Shown here: piece by piece, positions 10,571 to 22,242 of the stretch
Layout: each line of letters begins with the position of its first letter
Numbering within the stretch: position 1 is the first letter of the stretch
From: an uncultured Actinomycetota bacterium
Lineage (GTDB): Bacteria > Actinomycetota > Actinomycetes > Actinomycetales > Microbacteriaceae
Direction of reading: 5' to 3'
Assembly (NCBI GenBank): GCA_963751055.1
Contig: CAVVTB010000008.1
Coordinates: 107,563-171,562 of the forward strand
DNA: 64,000 nt
Program-made: the position numbers and the translations under genes
The notes under the pieces: model-generated
Database searches by the model: none
The model's input: the letters and a program-made list of their open reading frames with translations, nothing else
Told to the model about the DNA's origin: nothing

Positions 10571-12126
10571 TACGACAAGGGGGCGACGCGCAGTGTCGGC
10601 AGGCCGAGCGATACGGCCTTCGGCGCGCCCGGAGTCACGCCGGGCGCCGGAATGCCGCAGGACTCGGCCTGCGTACGGTCCCAGGCGTCGCCTGCGCGGG
10701 TGCGGCGGATCCGCAGCGGAGCGCCGTCGGGCGCGTCGGCCAGCAGGTGGAACGGCGCCGCGTGCGTCACGACGACCGATGCGATGTCTCCGGGACGCGG
10801 CAGATCCGACCCGACGGGCACCTCGAAGTGCACGAGACGGTTGTCTTCGGCGCGACCCGTCAGGCGGTGCGTCGCCGCGTCCTTCTTGCCTTCGCCCATC
10901 GAGACGAGCACCTGGAGCTCGCGTCCCACCTGCTTCTGGTTCTCTTCCTGCGAGATGCGCTCCTGCAGCGCAAGCAGCCGCTCGTAGCGCTCCTGCACGA
11001 CGGCCTTCGGCACCTGGTCGGGCATCGTGGCAGCGGGAGTGCCCTCGCGGATCGAGTACTGGAAGGTGAAGGCGCTCGTGAAGCGGGCCTGTTCGACGAC
11101 ACGCATGGTGTCTTCGAAGTCTTCGTCCGTCTCGCCGGGGAAGCCGACGATGATGTCGGTCGTGATCGCGGCATCCGGCATCCGCTCGCGGACACGTTCG
11201 AGGATGCCCAGGAAGCGCTCACTGCGGTACGAGCGGCGCATGGCCTTGAGGACGCGATCGCTGCCGGACTGGAGCGGCATGTGGAGCTGCGGCATCACGG
11301 CAGGCGTCTCGGCCATCGCGTCGATGACGTCGTCGGTGAAGGCGGCCGGGTGAGGGCTCGTGAAGCGGATGCGCTCGAGACCGTCGATCTCGCCGGCGGC
11401 GCGAAGGAGCTTGCCGAAGGCCTGGCGATCGCCGAACTCGACGCCGTAGGAGTTGACGTTCTGGCCGAGGAGCGTGACCTCGATGGCGCCGTCGTCGACG
11501 AGCAGGCGGATCTCGTTCAGGATGTCGCCGGGACGACGGTCCTTCTCTTTGCCGCGAAGGCTCGGGACGATGCAGAAGGTGCAGGTGTTGTTGCAGCCGA
11601 CCGAGATCGAGACCCAGCCGCTGTACACGGAGTCGCGCTTGGTCGGCAGGGTGCTCGGAAAGATCTCGAGCGACTCGAGGATCTCGAGCTCGGCCTCACC
11701 GTTGTGACGCGCACGTTCGAGCAGGCTCGGGAGCGACCCCATGTTGTGGGTGCCGAAGACGACATCGACCCACGGCGCCTTGTCGAGGACCGCGTCCTTG
11801 TCCATCTGTGCGAGGCAGCCGCCGACGGCGATCTGCATGCCCTCGCGCTTGTCCTTGCGGGACTTCAGGTGGCCGAGCGTGCCATAGAGCTTGCCGGCCG
11901 CGTTGTCGCGGACCGCGCAGGTGTTGATGACGACGACGTCGGCCTCTTCGCCCGGATCGGCCCGGACATAGCCGGCACTCTCGAGTGACCCGGAGAGGCG
12001 CTCGGAGTCGTGGACGTTCATCTGACAGCCGAACGTCCGGACCTCGTAGGTCCGCGCACGGCCATCGGCAGTGCGCGCGGCGGGCGAGGGCGCGATCGTC
12101 GTGGGGGTGCTGTCGAGCAGAGTCAT
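10570..12126 (-). CDS. miaB: tRNA ms2i6A37 methylthiotransferase
   Basis: [12 protein letters not shown], radical [12 protein letters not shown]-terminal TRAM domain. Confidence 0.97.
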   Translation of the reverse strand: MTLLDSTPTTIAPSPAARTADGRARTYEVRTFGCQMNVHDSERLSGSLESAGYVRADPGEEADVVVINTCAVRDNAAGKLYGTLGHLKSRKDKREGMQIAVGGCLAQMDKDAVLDKAPWVDVVFGTHNMGSLPSLLERARHNGEAELEILESLEIFPSTLPTKRDSVYSGWVSISVGCNNTCTFCIVPSLRGKEKDRRPGDILNEIRLLVDDGAIEVTLLGQNVNSYGVEFGDRQAFGKLLRAAGEIDGLERIRFTSPHPAAFTDDVIDAMAETPAVMPQLHMPLQSGSDRVLKAMRRSYRSERFLGILERVRERMPDAAITTDIIVGFPGETDEDFEDTMRVVEQARFTSAFTFQYSIREGTPAATMPDQVPKAVVQERYERLLALQERISQEENQKQVGRELQVLVSMGEGKKDAATHRLTGRAEDNRLVHFEVPVGSDLPRPGDIASVVVTHAAPFHLLADAPDGAPLRIRRTRAGDAWDRTQAESCGIPAPGVTPGAPKAVSLGLPTLRVAPLS

Positions 12127-12233
12127 GATGGTCCGATTCTACGTCTCGACGCCTGCGTGACCCTCGTCGCGCCGTCGGAGCCGGATGGATGCGCTCGAGC
12201 GCGTCCCACCCGCACTGCCTGGCGCTAGGCAGG

Positions 12234-12932
12234 TCAGCGGAACCGGACCACCGACCCGCCCGAATCCCGCCGCTCGTCGGCAAGTGCGGTGCGTGCCGCC
12301 TTGCCGGCGATCGTTCCCCCGAAACCGCGGCGCGCGAGCATGCCCATGAGGCGGCGGATCGCGGTGTCGTCGTCGTACCGGGCGAGCGCGCGAGCCTTGG
12401 TGCGGGCGAAGTCGAGTGCGCGCTCGGCGTCGTCGTCGGGGAGCTCGGCGATCACGTCCTCGATGACCTCGCGGGCGATGGCTCGCTTCATGAGAAGCTG
12501 GCGGATGGCCCTGGTGCCCATGCCTTTGCGAGTGGTCGCGGAGTGCACGAGCTGCTCCGCGAGGACCTCATCGTCAAGCCATCCCCGCTCGGCGAAGTCA
12601 TCGATGACGGCCGCGGACTCGTCGTCCGTCAGCCCATCGCCACGCAGCCGCGTCTTCGCCTCGGCGATCGAGAGCCCGCGTCGCGCCAGGCTGCGCACGA
12701 GCGAGGTGGCCGCGCTCTCGCGCAGCGCATCGCGGTCGACCGGCTCGTCGGGCACGTCGGCGGGTGCGGGTTCATGATCGACGCGATCGTCGTCCGCCCA
12801 GTACTCGTCACTGAACGCCACCGGCCGCGGAGCCGTGACCGGGTGTGGGGCAGCGCCTCCGAAGAGCGGGATCACGGGGGCGAGCCCTTCGTCGGGACGC
12901 TCGCCCCCGTCCTCCGTGAAACGAACCATCAC
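12234..12932 (-). CDS. recX: Regulatory protein RecX
   Basis: Directly downstream of and overlapping recA; [17 protein letters not shown]. Confidence 0.9.
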   Translation of the reverse strand: MMVRFTEDGGERPDEGLAPVIPLFGGAAPHPVTAPRPVAFSDEYWADDDRVDHEPAPADVPDEPVDRDALRESAATSLVRSLARRGLSIAEAKTRLRGDGLTDDESAAVIDDFAERGWLDDEVLAEQLVHSATTRKGMGTRAIRQLLMKRAIAREVIEDVIAELPDDDAERALDFARTKARALARYDDDTAIRRLMGMLARRGFGGTIAGKAARTALADERRDSGGSVVRFR

Positions 12933-13987
12933 GCCGGGCGGCGCTTGGCCAACTCGTCGGCTGCCGGCGGCGCCTCGACCGCGGCGAGAGGCTGGCCGAT
13001 GCCGAGCTTCGCCTTGATCTTCGATTCGATGTCGGTGGCGACATCCTCGTTCTTGATCAGGAAGCTGCGCGCGTTCTCTTTGCCCTGACCCAGCTGCTCA
13101 CCGTCGTAGGTGTACCAGGAGCCCGACTTCTTGACGATGCCGTGATCGACGCCGAAGTCGATGAGGCTGCCTTCGCGTGAGATGCCTCCGCCGAACAGGA
13201 TGTCGAACTCGGCCTGCTTGAAGGGCGGCGCCATCTTGTTCTTGACGACCTTCACGCGTGTGCGGTTTCCGACCGAGTCGGCACCGTCCTTGAGCGTCTC
13301 GATGCGACGGATGTCGAGGCGCACGGATGCGTAGAACTTCAGCGCCTTTCCACCGGCGGTGGTCTCGGGTGAGCCGAAGAACACGCCGATCTTCTCGCGC
13401 AGCTGGTTGATGAAGATCATCGTGGTGTTCGTGGTGTTGAGACCACCGGTCAGCTTGCGGAGCGCCTGCGACATCAGGCGTGCCTGCAGACCCACGTGCG
13501 TGTCGCCCATCTCGCCTTCGATCTCGGCCTTCGGCACCAGTGCCGCGACGGAGTCGATGACGATGAGGTCGATGGAGCCGGAGCGGATCAGCATGTCGGC
13601 GATCTCGAGCGCCTGCTCACCCGTGTCGGGCTGCGAGACGAGAAGCTCGTCGATGTCGACGCCCAGCTTGCGGGCGTACTCAGGGTCGAGCGCATGCTCG
13701 GCGTCGATGAACGCGGCGATGCCGCCCTGCTTCTGCACGTTGGCGATCGCGTGGAGCGTGAGCGTCGTCTTTCCGGACGACTCAGGGCCGTAGATCTCGA
13801 CGATGCGACCTCGCGGGAGCCCGCCGATTCCGAGGGCGACGTCGAGGGCGATCGATCCGGTGGGGATCACTTCGACCGGAGCGCGCTCGTCGCTGCCCAG
13901 TCGCATGACCGAGCCCTTCCCGAACTGCCGGTCGATCTGGGCGAGGGCCGATTCGAGGGCCTTCTCGCGGTCAGCGGGTGATGGCAT
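12929..13987 (-). CDS. recA: Recombinase A (no intein)
   Basis: [38 protein letters not shown]. Confidence 0.99.
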   Translation of the reverse strand: MPSPADREKALESALAQIDRQFGKGSVMRLGSDERAPVEVIPTGSIALDVALGIGGLPRGRIVEIYGPESSGKTTLTLHAIANVQKQGGIAAFIDAEHALDPEYARKLGVDIDELLVSQPDTGEQALEIADMLIRSGSIDLIVIDSVAALVPKAEIEGEMGDTHVGLQARLMSQALRKLTGGLNTTNTTMIFINQLREKIGVFFGSPETTAGGKALKFYASVRLDIRRIETLKDGADSVGNRTRVKVVKNKMAPPFKQAEFDILFGGGISREGSLIDFGVDHGIVKKSGSWYTYDGEQLGQGKENARSFLIKNEDVATDIESKIKAKLGIGQPLAAVEAPPAADELAKRRPA

Positions 13988-14094
13988 GGCGTGCTCCTTA
14001 TGCTCGCGTTCCGTCGCCTGTAGGCTGTCGCGCTCCGCATCGAGGGCCGATGGGGATGCTGCGACAAGGCGTGTGGTGTCGTTCGACGTGGTTC

Positions 14095-14116
14095 ACGCTA
14101 GGGGTGGGCTCCGACA
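14095..14116 (-). promoter_or_regulatory. RecA-NDp / PafBC-type DNA damage promoter of recA
   Basis: Minus strand reads TGTCGG-agcccacccc(N10)-TAGCGT, matching the mycobacterial TGTCGG-N10-TANNNT motif. Confidence 0.75.
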
Positions 14117-14189
14117 TCCGTCTTCGCTCCTCCCGTCGCTGTGGACAGAAACGTCCTCGACACCTGCTGTGCAGGAGCCTACGCGGGTA

Positions 14190-14205
14190 TCGAACACTTA
14201 TTCGA
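14190..14205. promoter_or_regulatory. LexA SOS box upstream of recA
   Basis: TCGAAC-ACTT-ATTCGA, one mismatch to TCGAAC-N4-GTTCGA. Confidence 0.85.
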
Positions 14206-14243
14206 TGACACGCCGCAAGGCGACAGGCGAGATTCGCCCTTAC

Positions 14244-14474
14244 TCAGCCACCGCTGCGACGCGGCTCGAGCCGGCCCACGCCGTATCGGCGCTCGGCCGG
14301 AACGTCCGTCTCGGCGCACAGCGCGAGCCATACTTCGCGGGGCGGGATGCCGTCACGCAGCGCCTCCGCGGCGGTGCGGCCGCCGGCATCCGACAGCGCC
14401 AGATCCGTGATCAGAGTCGACGCCTGCGCACCGAACTCGTCCTCGACGGCGCGATCGAACTCGCTTCTTCGCAT
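14244..14474 (-). CDS. DUF3046 family protein
   Basis: MRRSEF..AV.DEFG, GGRTAAEAL..G..PREVW.ALC; usual position upstream of recA. Confidence 0.88.
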   Translation of the reverse strand: MRRSEFDRAVEDEFGAQASTLITDLALSDAGGRTAAEALRDGIPPREVWLALCAETDVPAERRYGVGRLEPRRSGG

Positions 14475-14493
14475 TGACGGGGCCGGCTGCGGG

Positions 14494-14802
14494 TCAGCGC
14501 AGCGACAGTTCGGCGTCTACGGATGCGACCAGATCGTCGGGAACGACGTCGGGGAAGCCCTGCAGGCCTTCGAGGACCGAGATGCGGTCGCCGACTTCGC
14601 GCATGATGATCGAGATGGGGACGTCGAGCGCTTCTGCGACCGATGCGAGGATCTCGCTGGAGGCCTCTTTCTGACCGCGTTCGACCTCGCTCAGATAGCC
14701 GAGGGCGACACTCGCGCGGCTCGCAACCTGACGGAGGGTACGGCCCTTCTGCTGGCGGAAGTCACGAAGCACTTCGCCGATCTCTTGACGAACCAGGATC
14801 AT
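14494..14802 (-). CDS. clgR: XRE-family regulator ClgR
   Basis: IGEVLR..R..KGRTLRQVA..ASVALGYLSEVERGQKEASSE; pgsA-cinA-clgR synteny. Confidence 0.88.
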   Translation of the reverse strand: MILVRQEIGEVLRDFRQQKGRTLRQVASRASVALGYLSEVERGQKEASSEILASVAEALDVPISIIMREVGDRISVLEGLQGFPDVVPDDLVASVDAELSLR

Positions 14803-14917
14803 TGTGGGGCCCCCTCTCACTTCTGATTCCGCCGTTGTCCGGGTGGACAACAGTACAGCACCGGATAGTGCCAATCTAAACCCGTGCGCTGAGGAATGGG
14901 TGGGAATCGCTGAATGT

Positions 14918-14943
14918 AACCGAGCTGAAACACCGTCTGTTCC
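14918..14943 (-). promoter_or_regulatory. SigH/SigE-type ECF promoter of clgR
   Basis: Minus strand GGAAC-N18-GTT. Confidence 0.6.
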
Positions 14944-14953
14944 CTGCCGGGGC

Positions 14954-15421
14954 TCACAATTCCTCGAGGCACAGAAGCAGCGCTCGCGCGACCGTCTCGT
15001 TGCGGATCTGCTCCCGCGTGCCGGGGATCTCGAGGGAGGTGATACCTGTTCCGTCCGGCGTCACGACGGCGATGTGCACGGTGCCGACAGGCTTTCCGTC
15101 CTGCGGATCGGGTCCCGCGACGCCGGTCGTGGAGACGCCCACGTCCGTTCCGAGCAGGGTCCGCACACCCTTCGCCATCTGCCACGCGACGGCCGGATCG
15201 ACCGCTCCCGCCGAGGCGAGGAGGTCGGCGTCGACCTTCAGCACGGACTTCTTCACGTCGGACGCGTAGGCCACCACCCCGCCCCGCATGCTCGTCGACG
15301 CGCCGGGTACCGACACGATCGCGGCAGCCAGCAGGCCCCCGGTCAGAGACTCCGCCGTGCCGATCGTCCAGCCACGCACCGCGAGCCGTTCCAGCACCTC
15401 GGCAGCCGTCCGGTCGGTCAT
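14954..15421 (-). CDS. cinA: CinA C-terminal domain protein (NMN deamidase PncC type)
   Basis: AESLTGG, GGVVAY, STTGVAGP. Confidence 0.92.
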   Translation of the reverse strand: MTDRTAAEVLERLAVRGWTIGTAESLTGGLLAAAIVSVPGASTSMRGGVVAYASDVKKSVLKVDADLLASAGAVDPAVAWQMAKGVRTLLGTDVGVSTTGVAGPDPQDGKPVGTVHIAVVTPDGTGITSLEIPGTREQIRNETVARALLLCLEEL

Positions 15422-15990
15422 GCCACGCCTCGGCTCTTGCGGCCCGCGCGCACCTGGGTGACGACGTAGTCGATGCCGCTCGCGATCGTCAGGATGACCG
15501 CGATGGTCATCGTGACGCCGTTCACCCAGAAGATCCAGTCGCCGACGATGGTCCACAGCGGAAGCAATGCGAGCGAGAGCGCAATGCTCTGGGCGAGCGT
15601 CTTGAGCTTTCCCATCCAGGCGGCCGCGACGACATGGTCGCTCGCGACCATGAAGCGGTGGATCGTGATTCCGACCTCTCGGATGAGGACGATGATGGTG
15701 ATCCACCAGTCCAGCTCGCCCAGGATCGAGAGACCGATGAAGGCGAAGCCGGTGAGGATCTTGTCGGCGAGCGGATCGAGGAGCTTGCCCAGATCGGTGA
15801 CGATCTCATACCGCCGCGCGATCCAGCCGTCGATCCCGTCCGTCGCGATGGCGACGATGAAGAGCGCCGCGGCCCACCACCGCAGCGGCCCGTCCGAGCC
15901 TCCGTCGGCCAGCAGCATCCAGAGGAACACCGGTGCGCAGAGGATGCGCACGATCGTGATCGCGTTGGGCAGCTGCCGAGGGATCGCCAT
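15418..15990 (-). CDS. pgsA: CDP-diacylglycerol--glycerol-3-phosphate phosphatidyltransferase
   Basis: PNAIT..R, TDGIDGWIAR...GKLLDPLADK. Confidence 0.95.
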   Translation of the reverse strand: MAIPRQLPNAITIVRILCAPVFLWMLLADGGSDGPLRWWAAALFIVAIATDGIDGWIARRYEIVTDLGKLLDPLADKILTGFAFIGLSILGELDWWITIIVLIREVGITIHRFMVASDHVVAAAWMGKLKTLAQSIALSLALLPLWTIVGDWIFWVNGVTMTIAVILTIASGIDYVVTQVRAGRKSRGVA

Positions 15991-16041
15991 GGGCCGAGCC
16001 TATAGCGGTGACCGGCCGCCGTCGCGACCGCTGGGCCGCGC

Positions 16042-18702
16042 TCAATCGCGCCCGGTGAGCCCCCATGCATCCTCGTCGCCGTCGCTTTCGACGACGGGAT
16101 AACCGTCGTACTGCGCGTCGACGGGATCGGATGCCTCGTCGGGGACGTCGTCCCCGCGCATCCGCGCCAGGACACCTGGAAGCTGCTCGTTGGTCACCAG
16201 CACGTCGCGCGCCTTCGACCCCTCGGACGGGCCGACGATCTCGCGGGACTCCAGCAGATCCATGAGCCGGCCGGCCTTCGCGAAGCCGACCCGGAGCTTG
16301 CGCTGCAGCATCGACGTCGACCCGAACTGGGTCGACACCACGAGTTCGGCGGCGGCGAGGAGAAGCTCGAGATCGTCCCCGATGTCGGCGTCGATCTCCT
16401 TCTTCTCGACGACGGCGGCGACATCCGGCCGGTATTCGGGCCGAGCCTGCGCCGTGACATGAGCGACGACCTTCTCGATCTCCTGCTCGCTCACCCATGC
16501 GCCCTGCACGCGCACGGCCTTCGAGGCGCCCATGGGAAGGAACAGGGCATCGCCCTGGCCGATGAGCCGGTCGGCGCCCGGCTGGTCCAGGATGACCCGG
16601 GAGTCGGTGACGCTCGTCACCGCGAACGCGAGCCGCGAGGGGACGTTCGCCTTGATGAGGCCCGTCACGACGTCGACCGACGGCCGCTGCGTGGCGAGGA
16701 CGAGATGGATGCCGCTGGCGCGGGCGAGCTGGGTGATGCGTACGATCGAGTCCTCGACGTCGCGCGGGGCGACCATCATCAGGTCGGCGAGCTCGTCGAC
16801 GACGACGAGCAGGTACGGGTAGGGCTTGAGGACCCGCTCGCTGCCCGGCGGCAGATTGACCTCGCCGGCCCTCACGGCGCGGTTGAAGTCGTCGATGTGG
16901 CGGTAGCCGAACGACGCGAGGTCGTCGTACCGCATGTCCATCTCCTTGACGACCCACTGCAGCGCCTCGGCGGCCTTCTTGGGGTTCGTGATGATGGGCG
17001 TGATGAGGTGCGGCACGCCCGCGTACGAGGTGAGCTCGACGCGCTTCGGGTCGATCAGCACCATGCGGACGTCTGCGGGCTTCGCCTTCATGAGCAGGCT
17101 CGTGATCATGGAGTTCACGAAGCTCGACTTGCCCGAGCCGGTGGAGCCGGCCACCAGCAGATGGGGCATCTTGGCGAGGTTGGCGACGACGTAGCCGCCG
17201 CCGACATCCTTGCCCACGCCGATGGTCATGGGATGCGTCGAGTTCTGCGCGTTCGCCGATCGCAGCACATCGCCGAGCGTCACGATCTCGCGATCGACGT
17301 TCGGGATCTCGACGCCGATGGCGCTCTTTCCCGGGATGGGGGCGAGGATGCGCACCTCGTTCGATGCCACCGCGTAGGCGATGTTGTTGGTGAGCGCCGT
17401 GATGCGCTCGACCTTCACGCCGTGGCCGACCTCGATCTCGTACTGCGTGACCGTCGGACCGCGCGAGAAGCCCGTGACGCGGGCATCGACCTGGAACTGG
17501 TTCAGCACGCTCGTGATGGCACGCACGGTGTCGTCGTTCGCCTGCGACCGCGCCTTGTGCGGCGTGCCCGCGGCCAGCGCGTTCACCGACGGCAGGCGGT
17601 AGGGCGAGGCGGGCGCGGACCGCTGCCCGTCCGAGCCGATCCCCGAGAGCCCCGGCAGCATGCCGTCATCGGGCGGATCCTGAGCGGAGTCGTCGCGCAG
17701 CGATGTTCCGCCGCGCTTCGCGGCCTTCGCCCCGGCGAGCGCGGCGGGGTTGATCACTTCGGTGAGGGCATCGGCGGTGACCGCGGGAGCCGGCGGGACG
17801 ATCGGCGTCACGGCCTGCTCGAAGCCGCCCTGCGACGACCCCGGCGGGAGGAGTTCGGTCAGGTCCTGCGACCCGATCCCGCTGTCCGGATCCTTTTCGC
17901 GCCCGGTCTTGTTCCGCCGCCACCACGGAAGCGACGGGTCGTCGTCTACCGCGGCCGAGCTCGCGGCATCCTGAGCCGACGCTTCGGGGCGCGGTTCGGC
18001 GCCGAACATCCAGTTGTAGAGCTGACCGAGGCGACGGCCGATCCGGTTCGGCGGGGTCTTCGTGACGATCAGGATGCTGAGCACACCGAGCAGGCTCAGC
18101 ACGATGTATGCGCCGACCGGCGTGAGCAGCAGCGCGAGCGGTTCGCCGACCATCCAGCCGAAGAGGCCCCCGGCCTCACTGAGCGCAGGCAGCCCCGCCT
18201 TCGGCTCGGGACGCCCGCCCGCGACGTGCAGGAACCCGGCGATCGTGACCATGAGCAGGCCGAAGCCGATGCCGATGCGCCCGTTGTCGTGGACGGAGGA
18301 TGGATGCCGGAACATCCACCCCGCGAGCATGAGCAGCAGCACCGGGAGGATGAAGGCCTCGCGGCCGAGGAGTCCGCCCACCGTATACGCGCTGATGGTC
18401 GCCGCGACCTCGGAGCCGATGAAGAACCACTCGACCACGGCGCCCGCGATCGCCAGCAGTACGAGGAGGAACGGGAATCCGTCGCGGCGCTGGTCCTTCT
18501 CGAGCGTCTCGGGTCCGAAAGCCCGGAACAGTCCGCCCGTCGCATGCGCGAGCCCGAGCCATGCCCGAACGATGATCGGCGGACGGTCGGGTTCGCCGAC
18601 ATACCTCTTGGGCGCGGGCTCCGGCTTGCGGGCGCGCGAAGGCGTTCCTTTCGCAGGAGTGCCTTTCGCGGGCGCGCCTGTGCCCCTGGTCGAACTCGCC
18701 AT
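16042..18702 (-). CDS. ftsK: DNA translocase FtsK
   Basis: N-terminal TM helices, [29 protein letters not shown], gamma domain [13 protein letters not shown]. Confidence 0.97.
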   Translation of the reverse strand: MASSTRGTGAPAKGTPAKGTPSRARKPEPAPKRYVGEPDRPPIIVRAWLGLAHATGGLFRAFGPETLEKDQRRDGFPFLLVLLAIAGAVVEWFFIGSEVAATISAYTVGGLLGREAFILPVLLLMLAGWMFRHPSSVHDNGRIGIGFGLLMVTIAGFLHVAGGRPEPKAGLPALSEAGGLFGWMVGEPLALLLTPVGAYIVLSLLGVLSILIVTKTPPNRIGRRLGQLYNWMFGAEPRPEASAQDAASSAAVDDDPSLPWWRRNKTGREKDPDSGIGSQDLTELLPPGSSQGGFEQAVTPIVPPAPAVTADALTEVINPAALAGAKAAKRGGTSLRDDSAQDPPDDGMLPGLSGIGSDGQRSAPASPYRLPSVNALAAGTPHKARSQANDDTVRAITSVLNQFQVDARVTGFSRGPTVTQYEIEVGHGVKVERITALTNNIAYAVASNEVRILAPIPGKSAIGVEIPNVDREIVTLGDVLRSANAQNSTHPMTIGVGKDVGGGYVVANLAKMPHLLVAGSTGSGKSSFVNSMITSLLMKAKPADVRMVLIDPKRVELTSYAGVPHLITPIITNPKKAAEALQWVVKEMDMRYDDLASFGYRHIDDFNRAVRAGEVNLPPGSERVLKPYPYLLVVVDELADLMMVAPRDVEDSIVRITQLARASGIHLVLATQRPSVDVVTGLIKANVPSRLAFAVTSVTDSRVILDQPGADRLIGQGDALFLPMGASKAVRVQGAWVSEQEIEKVVAHVTAQARPEYRPDVAAVVEKKEIDADIGDDLELLLAAAELVVSTQFGSTSMLQRKLRVGFAKAGRLMDLLESREIVGPSEGSKARDVLVTNEQLPGVLARMRGDDVPDEASDPVDAQYDGYPVVESDGDEDAWGLTGRD

Positions 18703-18808
18703 GCGGTCAACGCTACGACTCGGAGGGGACATTTCGCCGGAACGACGCGGCCCTGAGGCGCCTCCCAATGGGGCTCCGCCCCAAACCCCCGGCTTGCTGA
18801 CGCGCGCC

Positions 18809-19303
18809 TCAGCGGAGCCGTTTCACCATCGTGTCGCGGCCCATTCCGCTCTGCGTCACCGCAAACCCCTCGCTGCGATACAGCGTCGCCGCGAAGTTGC
18901 CGCGCTCGACGCTCAGGCTGATGCGCCCGAACCCCTGCGCGCGGGCGTGATCGCACAGCGCGTGAAGCAGCGCACGGCCCACGCCGTGCGCCCGCCAGAT
19001 CGGGCGGACTCCGATGATCAGCTCCGGCACACCCGTGCCGACGTAGCCGAATCCGGGGTCGCTGCGCGGCAGCATCCGGTACCAGGCGGCGCCGATCGGC
19101 TCACCGTGCTCATCCAGGGCGACGAGCCCCGCATCGCCCGGCCGCATCCACCCCGTGAGATACCGGCTGTGCTCGGCGGTCGTCATCACCTGGTGCTTCG
19201 GCAGCGCGCCGCCCTGCCGCCAGTTGACCGCCTCGACCACCATGTCGGCCAGGAACGCGCCGTCGGCCTGAGTGGCCGGGCGGAGGCGGAAGGACGACGG
19301 CAT
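18809..19303 (-). CDS. GNAT acetyltransferase
   Basis: [23 protein letters not shown]...GF. Confidence 0.85.
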   Translation of the reverse strand: MPSSFRLRPATQADGAFLADMVVEAVNWRQGGALPKHQVMTTAEHSRYLTGWMRPGDAGLVALDEHGEPIGAAWYRMLPRSDPGFGYVGTGVPELIIGVRPIWRAHGVGRALLHALCDHARAQGFGRISLSVERGNFAATLYRSEGFAVTQSGMGRDTMVKRLR

Positions 19304-19348
19304 TCGGAGAGTGTATCCGCGGGGTGTTACGCCTCTGGACCGATTCGG

Positions 19349-21025
19349 CTACGCCTCGATGACGAGGGGGATGATCATCGGCCGGCGGCGCAGCGACTGG
19401 TTCACCCATCGGCCGATCGTGCGGCGCACGATCTGCGACAGGGCGTGCGTGTCGCGCACTCCGGACTGCGCCGCCTCGGCAAGCGCGGCCGCGATCTTCG
19501 GCTTGACGTCCTCGAAGACCGCGTCGTCCTCCGCGAACCCGCGCGCGTGGATCTCGGGGCCCGTGATGATCCTCCCGGTCGCGGCGTCAACGACGACGAT
19601 GACCGAGATGAAGCCCTCTTCGCCGAGGATCCGGCGATCCTTGAGGTCGGCATCCGTGATCTCGCCCACCGTGGATCCGTCGACGTAGACGAACCCGAGG
19701 TCGAGCTGCCCGACGACCTTCGCCTCGCCGTCCTTCAGGTCGACCACGGTCCCGTTCTCGCCGATGATGGTGCGCTCGGGCGGGATCCCGGTGTCCTGCG
19801 CGAGGCGGGCGTTGGCCATGAGGTGGCGATACTCGCCGTGGATCGGCATGACGTTGCGGGGCTTCAGGATGTTGTAGCAGTAGAGCAGCTCCCCTGCCGC
19901 GGCGTGACCCGAGACGTGCACCTTGGCGTTGCCCTTGTGGACGACGTTCGCGCCGTGCTTGGTGAGACCGTCGATCACGCGGTAGACGGCGTTCTCGTTG
20001 CCGGGGATGAGGCTCGACGCGAGGATCACCGTGTCGCCCGGACCGGGCTCGATCTCGTGGTCGAGATTGGCCATCCGGCTGAGGACGGCCATCGGCTCGC
20101 CCTGCGATCCGGTCGACATGTAGACGATCTTGTCTTCCGGCAGGTCGCGGGCCTTCTTGTACTCGATGAGCACGCCTTCGGGCACGTCGAGGTAGCCGAG
20201 ATCGGACGCGATCGTCATGTTGCGGACCATGCTGCGACCGAGGAGCGCGACACGGCGGCCGTGGGCGGCCGCGGCATCCAGCACCTGCTGAACCCGGTGG
20301 ACGTGGCTCGAGAAGCTCGCCACGATCACGCGGCGGGGGGCCTTGCCGATCACCTGGTCGAGCACAGGGCCGATGGATCGCTCGAGCGGGGTGAAGCCCG
20401 GGATGTCGGCATTCGTGGAGTCCACCATGAAGAGGTCGACGCCCTCCTCGCCGAGTCGCGCGAAGGCGCGCAGGTCCGTCAGCCGGCCGTCGAGTGGCAG
20501 CTGGTCCATCTTGAAGTCGCCCGTCGCCAGCACCGTGCCCGCAGGCGTCCGGATCGCGACCGCGAGCGCGTCCGGGATCGAGTGGTTCACGGCGATGAAT
20601 TCGAGGTCGAACGGACCGAGCTTCTCGTGCTGGCCCTCCTTCACCGTGAGGCTGTAGGGACGGACGCGATGCTCCTTCAGCTTCGCCTCGGTGAGTGCCA
20701 GGGTCAGCCCCGAGCCGATGATGGGGATGTCCTGCTTGAGCTTGAGCAGGTAGGGAACCGCGCCGATGTGGTCCTCGTGCCCGTGGGTGAGCACCACGCC
20801 GACGACGTCGCCCAGCCGGCGCTTGATCGGCTCGAAGTCCGGGAGGATCAGGTCGACGCCGGGCTGGTGCTCCTCGGGGAAGAGCACCCCGCAGTCGACG
20901 ATGAGCAGCTTCCCGTCGTATTCGAAGACGGTCATATTGCGGCCGATCTCGCCGAGCCCGCCGAGCGGGGTCACCCGGAGAGTCCCCGATTCGAGGGCGG
21001 GCGGGTCGTACACGGTGCTGGGCAT
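19349..21025 (-). CDS. rnj: Ribonuclease J
   Basis: PLGGLGEIGRNM, THGHEDHIG, TGSQGEP, HVSGH, PIHGE. Confidence 0.97.
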   Translation of the reverse strand: MPSTVYDPPALESGTLRVTPLGGLGEIGRNMTVFEYDGKLLIVDCGVLFPEEHQPGVDLILPDFEPIKRRLGDVVGVVLTHGHEDHIGAVPYLLKLKQDIPIIGSGLTLALTEAKLKEHRVRPYSLTVKEGQHEKLGPFDLEFIAVNHSIPDALAVAIRTPAGTVLATGDFKMDQLPLDGRLTDLRAFARLGEEGVDLFMVDSTNADIPGFTPLERSIGPVLDQVIGKAPRRVIVASFSSHVHRVQQVLDAAAAHGRRVALLGRSMVRNMTIASDLGYLDVPEGVLIEYKKARDLPEDKIVYMSTGSQGEPMAVLSRMANLDHEIEPGPGDTVILASSLIPGNENAVYRVIDGLTKHGANVVHKGNAKVHVSGHAAAGELLYCYNILKPRNVMPIHGEYRHLMANARLAQDTGIPPERTIIGENGTVVDLKDGEAKVVGQLDLGFVYVDGSTVGEITDADLKDRRILGEEGFISVIVVVDAATGRIITGPEIHARGFAEDDAVFEDVKPKIAAALAEAAQSGVRDTHALSQIVRRTIGRWVNQSLRRRPMIIPLVIEA

Positions 21026-21087
21026 CAGTCACCTTCCTCGGGATGCCGGTGGCATCCGCATCTGCGCTCGTTGCGAGCGCATGGCGG

Positions 21088-22065
21088 TCATCTTGTCGTG
21101 CCGGAGACCTTCGGAAGCGCGCCTCCTGCGGCGGCGTTGCGGTCGGGGCGGAAGTTGGAGAAGTCGGCACCCGGGACGTCACGCACGAGTGCGAGCTCAT
21201 CCTCGATCTTGGCGGCCTCCCACTCCTCGGGGCCGACCAGCGGAAGTCGCACGCGCGGGCTGCCGATCCGTCCCAGCCCGTGGAGGATGTACTTCGCCGA
21301 CACGGTGCCCGGGACGTGCGTCATGACCGCGCGCACGAGCGGTTCGAGCTGCTGGTGCGCGGCGGTGGCCGCCGCCAGATCGCCGCGGTTGACGGCATCC
21401 ATGATCACCCGATATGGCTGGGCGGCGATGTTGGCCGTCACGCCGATGAGCCCGGTGGCGCCGATGGAGAGGTGCGGGAGCACGTTCGCGTCGTCACCCG
21501 AGAAGTACATCAGGTCGGTCTGGTTGAGCACGCGGCTGACCTCGCTGAAGTCGCCCTTGGCGTCCTTGATGGCCAGCACGTTGGGGTGCTTGGCGATCCG
21601 GAGGATCGTCTCGTAACGGATGGGAACGCCGGTGCGCCCCGGGATGTCGTAGAGGATGACGGGCAGGTCCGTCGCGTCGGCGACGAGCCGGAAGTGGGTC
21701 AGGATGCCGGCTTGCGTGGGCTTGTTGTAGTACGGCGTGACGATCATGATCCCGTCGGCGCCGACCTTCTCGCTCGCCTTGTAGAGCTCGATCGCGTGAG
21801 CCGTCTCGTTCGAGCCGCCGCCCGTGATGATCTTCGCCCGGCCGGCCGCGACATCCTTGCCGACCTCGACCAGGCGGATCTTCTCGGCGTCCGTCAGCGT
21901 GCTGGTCTCGCCGGTCGTGCCGGTCACGACGATGCCGTCGGCGCCGGCGTTGATCACGTCGTCCATGTGCTTCTCGACGGCGGGCCAATCGACCTCGCCG
22001 TCAGCCGCCATCGGAGTGATGAGGGCGACGAGCACCTGACCGAAGGGATTGCCGGTGTGCGTCAT
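21088..22065 (-). CDS. dapA: 4-hydroxy-tetrahydrodipicolinate synthase
   Basis: GTTGE, TPYYNKP, LYDIPGRTG, IKDA. Confidence 0.96.
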   Translation of the reverse strand: MTHTGNPFGQVLVALITPMAADGEVDWPAVEKHMDDVINAGADGIVVTGTTGETSTLTDAEKIRLVEVGKDVAAGRAKIITGGGSNETAHAIELYKASEKVGADGIMIVTPYYNKPTQAGILTHFRLVADATDLPVILYDIPGRTGVPIRYETILRIAKHPNVLAIKDAKGDFSEVSRVLNQTDLMYFSGDDANVLPHLSIGATGLIGVTANIAAQPYRVIMDAVNRGDLAAATAAHQQLEPLVRAVMTHVPGTVSAKYILHGLGRIGSPRVRLPLVGPEEWEAAKIEDELALVRDVPGADFSNFRPDRNAAAGGALPKVSGTTR

Positions 22066-22125
22066 GTCCTCAGGCTATCGGGGTCGGGCGAAGCGTCGCA
22101 TCCGCGGTTCCCGGCGTCTCGGCCC

Positions 22126-22212
22126 GTTCCGAAAGTCGGGTCCACAACGACGACACCCCGCGCGACCGCATCCGTCACCGGTGTGTCGTGTGGTCGAGCC
22201 GACTTTCGGAAC
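22126..22212. repeat. 87-bp palindromic element, copy 1 (downstream of the DUF559 gene)
   Basis: 14-bp perfect terminal inverted repeat GTTCCGAAAGTCGG...CCGACTTTCGGAAC; internal CGACAC..GCATCCGTCACCGG..GTGTCG. Confidence 0.9.
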
Positions 22213-22242
22213 CACCTGGGAGCGAGGGGATGCCGCAGCTGG

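Noticed and set aside
18635-18680. Short direct repeat (CCTTTCGC) at the ftsK 5' end
   Set aside because: Encodes a PAKGT linker repeat in the disordered N-terminus.
18062-21616. Very long plus-strand ORF (1184 aa), and similar ones at 16459-18756, 33327-35510 and 43776-47138
   Set aside because: They are antisense shadows of ftsK, rnj, dapA, pnp and others. High-GC codon bias removes stops in alternative frames, and they carry no recognisable motifs.
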